In this document: piece by piece, positions 56,711 through 64,000 of the stretch | Position numbering within the stretch: the stretch's first letter is position 1 | Layout of the letters: every line of letters starts with the position of its first letter | Assembly: GCA_000002445.1 (NCBI GenBank) | Contig: CP000067.1 | Coordinates: forward strand, 288,001 to 352,000 | Length of the DNA: 64,000 bases | Origin: Trypanosoma brucei | Lineage: Eukaryota | Direction of reading: 5' to 3' | Program-made: the position numbers and the translations under genes | The notes under the pieces: model-generated | Seen by the model: only the letters and a program-made list of their open reading frames with translations | The model's database searches: none | What the model was told of the DNA's origin: nothing

Positions 56711-57184
56711 AGGAAAGAAGAATGAGGGGTAATTTTTTGAAGGAAAAAAGGTAAGGTACGAGCCATGGGCAGGTGCACATCACAGCAAGGAAGGGACATA
56801 ACGAGTGGGGAAACTAGCTTCGCTTGGCTGCACGTCCGTGCGACCAGATCAGTCAAATGGAGCAGGTGAATTGGTGATGACCACACACATGTTTTGCTCC
56901 AACCGTTTGGGCGATTGGACTTGGGGATACCATCCAAGGACATATATATAAAACGCGTACAGGATGATGAGCAAAGGGTAGCGTTTCCTATGATCATCAA
57001 CGTGAAGAAGATAATCAAGGGACTGGGGGGGTGGGTGGGTAAAAGAAGGATGCAGCGTTAGGGGGTAAACATTGTCGGAAACGGAGGGAAGGAGGAAACC
57101 ACACTTCCCCTTCCCTTTCCTTCTCCACACATCACCGCTCGTCTGATCCCCACTCCACGTGCAACCCTCCATCTGTACCGTTTT

Positions 57185-60091
57185 CTATCTCGAGGCGGAT
57201 AGAAGCAACTCCCGCCGCTCGTTACGAAGCGCCTGCACAACGGCCTGCAGGTGTTCACATTTCTTCTTATAGTCATTCAAAGTCGACTCCAAGCACTCCT
57301 CGCGTAGGACCATGAGACCAAGCCTCTTCTTCAAATCACAAATTTCTCTGTCACGGTGCTGGACGGTTACGGCCTCCTCGTTGGCTCGTTGTTCCAGTGC
57401 AATGATTCGGTCAACGAGACGCAGTCGGTCCTCCGTGAGTGCGGCGACGGCGACGCGTGCGTCCAAACGGGCCGCAGCACACTGATCTCGTGTAACTGTG
57501 CCACAGCCGGGTGCCATTTCTGTCGTTTGCGTCGTCTTGTCAGACACACTATGCGGCTGCGTCGGCAAAAATTTGTTTACACTTGGCGTCGTTATTGGGA
57601 GCGACAGTCGTTGAACAACGTTCGGAGTCTTGTCGGTTTGCAGTGTATATGACCCATCACCCGCGCAGTCCAATGATTGCTTTCCGCTAGAGGTGAGACC
57701 GTCTGCCTCGGCCGTCATCACCTCATCAGGTTGTAGTTGTTGTGGCCCTTTTTCTCGGGTGCTGGGTTCGGAAACGCAATTTTTGTGTGCCCCCGCGTAT
57801 GCCTGTTGAGGTACAGGATCGCCGAAAGGCTCTTCTATGGTTGTTGGACTCTTCTCTAAACGGCACCGCGCTGCATTTTCTCGGATGCGCAGCCGCCGGC
57901 ACCAGTGGTTGCACACACTGTGCATGGTTCTTGAGCGATAGTAATTCTCAGCATACGTTATGTTGTTCATTTCATACGCGCGGTGCCTCCAGCGCATAAG
58001 TAGGGATCTGAGTTGGAAGTACCTTGGCAAGTAACGGGAGCGTGCACGCTCCAACCAGACCCTAAAAAGCACTCGCTTCCGCTCCGTGCGTGGGAGCAAC
58101 TCTAGTGTCGTACATATTGAATGTGGCGTTGGACATGTGGTTGTAATGAGATTCGTTAACCTCTCTCGCACAAACTTGGAACACAGCATATTATTATATT
58201 TGTGCTTCGCTTTTGAGTTCCAACAGCGCAGCACGCGCTTCTTTACGTGCCTATTAATCAGAAAAGCGTCCTCATCATCCACCGCGGTTTCCTCCTTCCA
58301 CGGTGAAGGATGAGGTGAGGGAGCCTTCTGGGGAAGCGGCATCGCAGAAGACGATAAACCCACATCCCTCTCCCCTTGCGATGCTGTCTGGGCCTCAGTC
58401 GGAGTCTTCACAGTTCCTTCACTTTTTTCACTTAGTGGGCGTGGAGAAACATCCCGCGCCTCACTCCCCCGTTTTATCAGTTCCTTCTTCCTGCAGCTGG
58501 ACATGACAGTTTCGGCCCGGCGGAGGATGGGTGAGATACAGGTCAGTGAAACCTCTTCATCATTAGCGTCCCCAACAACCAGGCCACCGGACGTAAATAT
58601 TTCGTTGGGCGCCAACATGATCTCCACAAGTTCCTCCTGCAAGGAACTACTTTGGCCCTTCGTTCCTTTGCTTGGTGTATTTGCCGATTGGTATGACAAC
58701 GCGGGAGACCTTTCCTCTGACATCCCATCTTCACATCCTACACGATGTTGCCGTTGCTTGTGAAGCCTCCAATTATCAACCTTCGCTACTTGCATGAACC
58801 ACAGTTTGTTCAAATGATCCACATCTACAACACTCAGTTCCTCACCAAGTGCATGCGCGATGTCAAGCAGCAACCCGCATATTCGATGGTCAAGGGATGT
58901 TGTGGCCCGTCGGAACACATCCTTTGACCAGTCCTTACAAAACGTGGTGAGTACCGCGTGCTGAGGGTGGTGAAGGACCAACGCATTGATGTCCCCCTGC
59001 GAATGGTTTGGCGACTGTGCCAAGAGGGAGGAGTCCGACCTGCAGAGGGAGTCGGAACCGACGCCGGTGTCATGGTTGTTAATATCGCATAACCGACATC
59101 GGCCGCTCATAAGGCGACGCACAAAGTGCGATGCGGCGCTGACATCGACAAGGGCCAGTAGCTGCGTTGAACATCGTGTGACGACATTTTCAACAGTCAT
59201 GTTCACCGTGATGTCCTGTACAACAACACCCCTACGGCGAAGTTCATGGTGTAGATCAATCCGTTTCTTAGCCTCGATAAGGAAGGCCACAAAGCGCATA
59301 CGTTGGACAAGCTCCCCCATAGTCACTTTCTCACGCTGAAGACACTGAGCGGCCCTCTCCACTTCCACGGCCGTAACGGGCCGCGTGTCCAGCTTTCGCA
59401 GACGGCAGTTCTTGGGCTGGAGGCTTTCGGGCCACGAGCAGATGCGCAACATATGGGCACGATAATGCGGAAGCTGCGTAACTGGATTGAATTCTAATGA
59501 GAGAAACTGGAGCAACGGCAACAGCGAGAGCCCCTCGCAGTCTTCTATGCGCTGCACTCTGTTTCCGAGAAGCGAGAGCCGCACCACGCTCTTGAACTGA
59601 ACAAGTCCGATGGTGGTTGTAATCCTATTTCTGGAAAGAAGCACTGTGTGAAGTGACACAGCAATGGCCGCGTTCATCCCTGCTCCCTGCACACCCACAC
59701 GGCCACACCCCTTTGCAGCTGCACGCGCCCCTTGCGGGAGAAGCTCCGTAATTGCGTGCTGCACGGGAGATGGAAGTGGTTCCTTCAGCAAAAGGGAAAG
59801 GAAAACCATATCAATGTCCACCTCAGTGATATTCTGCGAAACGCAGCTGAGCCGCTGGAGAGTGGAATCTATGACCTCGGGATTGAGCTGCACATAGCGG
59901 GAAAGGCGCATGTTGATGGAAGACTTCCTTTCTGCCTTCGCTGCGGGAGGCCACGCGTCGTGCGCACGTATGGATGTGCTCCCTTTTCCCCTGGATCGAT
60001 CTCCACTTCCAATGCGGCGCAATCTCTGCTTTCCCCACGGTGAAGTACAGACCTCCGTACGGTGAGGATAAAATCCTCCTTTAGCTATCAC
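57185..60091 (-). CDS. Large LRR + coiled-coil protein (hypothetical, 968 aa)
   Basis: LRR units ('LSLLGNRVQRIEDCEGLSLLPLLQFLSLEFNPVTQLP') near the N-terminus and a C-terminal heptad-rich coiled coil ('ALEQRANEEAVTVQHRDREICDLKKRLGLMVLREE'). Confidence 0.65.
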   Translation of the reverse strand: MIAKGGFYPHRTEVCTSPWGKQRLRRIGSGDRSRGKGSTSIRAHDAWPPAAKAERKSSINMRLSRYVQLNPEVIDSTLQRLSCVSQNITEVDIDMVFLSLLLKEPLPSPVQHAITELLPQGARAAAKGCGRVGVQGAGMNAAIAVSLHTVLLSRNRITTTIGLVQFKSVVRLSLLGNRVQRIEDCEGLSLLPLLQFLSLEFNPVTQLPHYRAHMLRICSWPESLQPKNCRLRKLDTRPVTAVEVERAAQCLQREKVTMGELVQRMRFVAFLIEAKKRIDLHHELRRRGVVVQDITVNMTVENVVTRCSTQLLALVDVSAASHFVRRLMSGRCRLCDINNHDTGVGSDSLCRSDSSLLAQSPNHSQGDINALVLHHPQHAVLTTFCKDWSKDVFRRATTSLDHRICGLLLDIAHALGEELSVVDVDHLNKLWFMQVAKVDNWRLHKQRQHRVGCEDGMSEERSPALSYQSANTPSKGTKGQSSSLQEELVEIMLAPNEIFTSGGLVVGDANDEEVSLTCISPILRRAETVMSSCRKKELIKRGSEARDVSPRPLSEKSEGTVKTPTEAQTASQGERDVGLSSSAMPLPQKAPSPHPSPWKEETAVDDEDAFLINRHVKKRVLRCWNSKAKHKYNNMLCSKFVRERLTNLITTTCPTPHSICTTLELLPRTERKRVLFRVWLERARSRYLPRYFQLRSLLMRWRHRAYEMNNITYAENYYRSRTMHSVCNHWCRRLRIRENAARCRLEKSPTTIEEPFGDPVPQQAYAGAHKNCVSEPSTREKGPQQLQPDEVMTAEADGLTSSGKQSLDCAGDGSYTLQTDKTPNVVQRLSLPITTPSVNKFLPTQPHSVSDKTTQTTEMAPGCGTVTRDQCAAARLDARVAVAALTEDRLRLVDRIIALEQRANEEAVTVQHRDREICDLKKRLGLMVLREECLESTLNDYKKKCEHLQAVVQALRNERRELLLSASR

Positions 60092-61236
60092 ACCACAAGC
60101 GGTGAGAGTGTGCGTGTGTGGAGATATAACATAACGGAGAGAAAAGATGAGAGTACAATGCGGAAAATGATGTTTCTGCGGTCGCCAACAAAAGTCCCCG
60201 CACTTAGAGCTTAAGCGTTAGATTGACATTTTCTCCCACACCTTTACGTTGGATTGGCAACATAATATATCACTCTTTTATGACAATAGAAAACGGCACA
60301 GTTCAGTACCACTAAAAAGAAACATGCCTCTTTGTAATGGTTATTTTTTGAGGTGAGGCGAGCAGAGGAGTGTTAGTGGGAAAAATTCAACCACGTAGCG
60401 ACAATCTTAAGGAATCACTGCAACGTAACAGGAACACCATAGAGGGACCCATGCATCCAGTTTGTTTTTCCAGTCCTTTCTTTCCCTTCCGATGTTGGGT
60501 GTTTGACGTCCCCCTTTAGCTCCACCACTTTTTTTTTTGACCCCTTTCCTGCACCAAAGCCTCCCCACCCCCATTTCCTCCTTCCCTTCCGCCGTGGTAA
60601 GAGCTAAGTGAAGGGAAATAATATGGAATGAAGAGTTCCACGGGTCCGCGCAGCGATAACCGGCACCGCACCACCCACCACCGGCGGTTTCATTGCACAG
60701 AAACAAATCTCTCCGCATTCGGACACAGACAACGAATACGTTCCGATCACAGTTCCACTCAGCGGCGCGCTGATTATACGTAAGCACCGTGTTAATTTAC
60801 TACCCGTGCTCATTCTATGCTTCCGTCACATTTATCATTGTCGTGGGAAATAAGACAAAGGGCACGGCCCCCTTACATTATGGTAACGTTCCCAGGGTCA
60901 GATGAAACCCAAAACGCCAGATGCCCCACACGTATGATGTGTGCAAGCCAATGCTTCACTCCCCCTTTTCTTCCTCTCTTATTTTTTGTTTGTTTCAAAG
61001 GTAAAGATCGCGAGCACAGGGCGACCTTATCACACTTTCTCCTTCGCATCCTCCCTTACATTTTGAGATTGTTCGCTGCTGACTGGGGTGTGTACGGTTG
61101 ACGACACCTTTCCCCTTCCGTCTCATATTAATTTTGTCGCATTATTTTTTTTCGTTTGTTTGTTTCGACTTGCTCTTTTCTTTTATTCAGTTATCCCCAC
61201 TCTCCAACGAACATACGTCACTGCAACGGCGTGTTA

Positions 61237-63330
61237 TTATTTTGCTATGATGTTGACAAGCGGGGCGTCCTCGTCGTTTTCGTCTCCCGAAGCAGCCCCA
61301 GCTCCGTTCTTTCCTCTGGACCCGCGTTTTGAGCCACCCCGTTTCTTTTGCTTCTTCTTCTTGCCGCTTGCTTTCTTGCCTGTTTTCGCGGCTGATTTTT
61401 TGCTTCGGGTTTTTTTCTTCTTTGTACCACTCGCCTTCTTAGTGCTGCGCTTGGCACCACCCGACTTTTTGCTTTTTCCATTCGCCGTCTTCTTTCCACT
61501 CTTGTTCTTTGTACTGGATGCGCTCCCTGTCAAAGCAGTTGGGATGACCCGCTTCTTAACGAACTCCTCATATGCCTGTATTTCCTCCGGTGTGCCATAG
61601 GTATTGAGCCACTGGTATTGAACCTCATCTTGCTCCTTGAAGAATTGTGTCGCTGCCTCCTCTACGGAGCCGTTCTCGCTCACGCTTTGGGCGCGCCTGA
61701 GGGTATCGATGGTCCTCTTTATGTCTTCTAATTTGTACTTGATCGATTGAACGGACACGTGGAAAGTCTTGGGGATGGAGCGCTGATGGTTACAGAGCTT
61801 AGCGACTTCCGTATTTGCCTTGTTGAAATAGACGAGTTTGTCCGAAAGGGAGGCCTTCGGGTCCACTGGCTTTTCCCTAAACCACTCATCCAATGTGATG
61901 GAAGCGTTGTAGGTACGGAACACCTTTGCAGACAGGTCCTTCAGAAAGCTCTTCAGGTAGTTGTTTAGGGTCGTGGGTGTCACTTTTCTGAAAATTTCGC
62001 TGTCCGTTCTTTTTATGAAACTCCCCAGAAGCTTGTAAACTTCTGGCAGGACGGTGACCTCATTCACGTACCGGATGGAGTCTTTACCCAGAAAGTCAAA
62101 ACGCACCACATTATCTGGCCTTAACTCGATGTGCTCCTTGCGAAGGGAGCAACAACCCACAGTATCCGCTTCCTCTTCGCCCTTTTCATGACCTACACGC
62201 AACGCCAATTTATCGATAAAGTATGTTGCTACAGCACGCTGCCTCTCCATCTCATCCGTCGACGAAAAATCCTTCGTATAGGATTCCCGTATATCATCAA
62301 TGTGATTTTTCAGCTCGCGCGCTGTCTCGAATTTGGCATAATCCGACTGACCTTTCAGAGTTGAAGACGGCGCAAGCATCACATACTTGCACTGACCAAT
62401 GGTGGGTTCGTACCACATCGCCAACCACGTCACATTCTGATCGTGCACAACCCCCTTCCACTTGTGCCCCGCTGGTGCTTGGGGAATCGGGGCTTCTTTG
62501 CCTATATTTAACACGACATCCTCGGGAAGTATACGTTTCTTCAGTTTCCCTCGCATTGGGTGCTCTCCACGTCCACGGAATAAACCGGGTGGCTCCACGC
62601 GGAAGTTGGCCACCTGCTCCTTCTTGCCATTCCATATACACCATTTATACGGCTCCGCCTCCTCGTCAGCAATACGTTTCAGTTCCTTTTTCTCTTCTCT
62701 TGTGCGACTCTTGCGCTTCTCCACCTCCCTCTGATGCCATTCATATATAGCACTGAAATCACATAACTCGAGGCAGCGAATGGGATGCTTCCGTTTATCG
62801 AGTATCTCCCTCCAGCTCTGAAAAAAGTTCCTACGGAACACTTCGTTGCGGTAATAGTCGTGCTCTCGTAGGACAGCGAACATTGTCGCCACCTCTTCCT
62901 CCTCTGGGGTCATCTCAAACTTTTGCTGATTGTAAAGAATAGGAATGCCATGCGGAACATATGCCGGGGGAAATAACACACCGTTGTGCAACAGTGTGTC
63001 CCACCGCTTTTCCCCCTTTTTTGTTGTTGTCAGAGTCCCCTGCGTCCACCATTCAGTTTCCCCATCGTTTCCACCCCCCTCCTCGTTTGCCAGCAAAGCC
63101 GCCTTATTTTCATCGCCTTCTCTTTTCACAGCCCCTTTTGCGGGCCCCATCCCCGCGGCAACCATCTCCAGCTCATTTTCTTCTTCCTTTATGACAACTT
63201 TCTTGATCTTTTTCTCCGTCATATCTTCTTTCTTAACTACAACTCTCTTCCCATTAACCTCTTCATCTTTTACGGCAACCTTCTTTCCCTTCCCTTCACC
63301 ACTCTTCGGCTTCTGTGCCTTACCCATCAC
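61237..63330 (-). CDS. TOP1B: DNA topoisomerase IB, large (DNA-binding/core) subunit of the bi-subunit kinetoplastid enzyme
   Basis: 697 aa. It has conserved topo IB core blocks ('WWTQGTLTTTKKGEKRWDTLLHNGVLFPPAYVPHGIP', 'FRGRGEHPMRGKLKKRI', 'ALRVGHEKGEEEADTVGCCSLR') but ends in a Lys-rich tail without the active-site Tyr domain. That is expected for the kinetoplastid large subunit. Confidence 0.9.
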   Translation of the reverse strand: MMGKAQKPKSGEGKGKKVAVKDEEVNGKRVVVKKEDMTEKKIKKVVIKEEENELEMVAAGMGPAKGAVKREGDENKAALLANEEGGGNDGETEWWTQGTLTTTKKGEKRWDTLLHNGVLFPPAYVPHGIPILYNQQKFEMTPEEEEVATMFAVLREHDYYRNEVFRRNFFQSWREILDKRKHPIRCLELCDFSAIYEWHQREVEKRKSRTREEKKELKRIADEEAEPYKWCIWNGKKEQVANFRVEPPGLFRGRGEHPMRGKLKKRILPEDVVLNIGKEAPIPQAPAGHKWKGVVHDQNVTWLAMWYEPTIGQCKYVMLAPSSTLKGQSDYAKFETARELKNHIDDIRESYTKDFSSTDEMERQRAVATYFIDKLALRVGHEKGEEEADTVGCCSLRKEHIELRPDNVVRFDFLGKDSIRYVNEVTVLPEVYKLLGSFIKRTDSEIFRKVTPTTLNNYLKSFLKDLSAKVFRTYNASITLDEWFREKPVDPKASLSDKLVYFNKANTEVAKLCNHQRSIPKTFHVSVQSIKYKLEDIKRTIDTLRRAQSVSENGSVEEAATQFFKEQDEVQYQWLNTYGTPEEIQAYEEFVKKRVIPTALTGSASSTKNKSGKKTANGKSKKSGGAKRSTKKASGTKKKKTRSKKSAAKTGKKASGKKKKQKKRGGSKRGSRGKNGAGAASGDENDEDAPLVNIIAK

Positions 63331-63703
63331 ACCGAAAGGGGGAGAGATATTATGGCCACTGTGTTTTTCTCTTTATTTCTGTGTGTCTGCACCTATCCCC
63401 ACGGCAAGTTGCGTCGCAGGTGGCAGCGTAAAAACACTAACGTGTGACTTCAAAGGAAAAAAAAAAGCGACAGAGCTACCAGCCGAGTGGAAAGTGGTAG
63501 ACGGAAATGGGAATGATTAAAGAGTATGATAGAGGCAGCACCTTACAAAAAAAAAAAAAGAAGCGTATAACACACAAAGGCACAACGTCGCCCGGTCTAA
63601 TCCCAGCCGCCAGCGCACACCGCAGAGCCCCCGACGAGAGCACGTCTCCTGAGCTAATCCCTTTTCCTCCTTCCACCAAAGAGACCGAAGGGAAACTAAG
63701 ATG

Positions 63704-63788
63704 TTATTATTATTATTATTATTATTTTTTAACTCATGTACTTAATGTGCTCCAGTTTGAACAACAACAACAACAACAATTCCTCCTC
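63704..63788. repeat. (TTA)7 and (CAA)6 trinucleotide microsatellites
   Basis: 'tattattattattattattatt' and 'caacaacaacaacaacaa', separated by about 40 bp. Confidence 0.9.
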
Positions 63789-64000
63789 TCCCAACCCTCT
63801 ACAGGAAACCTTCAGTGTACGATTTTGAGGGAGCGTGGATAGCAGAAGAGAAAAATAAAATGGTCCGTTCCAGAGTGCTTGGAGATGATACAAGTCAACT
63901 TGCGAGTGACGGAACCACAGTCAATTCAGGCAACCATCAGATGTCACCAGTTTTTCCCCATACTCTCTGTCTATGCGCCCTCGTCAATGGGAGCCGGTTC

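Overview
This 64 kb window looks like nuclear DNA from a trypanosomatid, most likely a Trypanosoma brucei-group chromosome. The basis for that call is a canonical trypanosome U6 snRNA lying about 96 bp upstream of, and divergent from, a tRNA-Thr, an intron-containing tRNA-Tyr, dense intron-less genes on one strand, and polypurine tracts on the + strand upstream of each minus-strand gene (poly-pyrimidine trans-splice signals on the coding strand). Nearly all protein-coding genes (about 28) are on the minus strand, so the window is essentially one right-to-left polycistronic unit. Recognisable products include V-ATPase subunit A, a TM9SF/nonaspanin, RPL21e, two tandem acid-sphingomyelinase-like metallophosphoesterases (the second apparently degenerate), a LYR protein, PI4-kinase III-beta-like kinase, a type-I membrane protein with about 47 acidic 10-residue repeats, an ankyrin-repeat protein, a PDCD2-like protein, a LicD/fukutin-like transferase, several LRR proteins, a PEX1-like double AAA ATPase, a SET-domain protein, RuvB-like 1, a TPR protein, a CID+CCCH+RanBP2 zinc-finger protein, and the DNA topoisomerase IB large subunit. 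A Pol III-type RNA gene island at about 29.9–38.4 kb interrupts this unit. It holds tRNA-Pro, the U6/tRNA-Thr pair, tRNA-Tyr, and what I consider the most interesting feature: two diverged ~155-nt direct-repeat copies of an unassigned small-RNA-like element. Copy A sits exactly where a tRNA-dependent Pol III snRNA-type gene would be, about 90 bp downstream of the divergent tRNA-Pro, and ends in T10. Copy B ends in T5 and has no upstream tRNA. The two copies bracket a 4.2 kb AT-rich island whose only long ORF is on the opposite strand and encodes a signal-peptide, cysteine- and N-glycan-rich protein. A possible third tRNA-associated small RNA lies downstream of tRNA-Tyr. Everything here is read from the sequence by eye and from memory of protein families; no searches were run.
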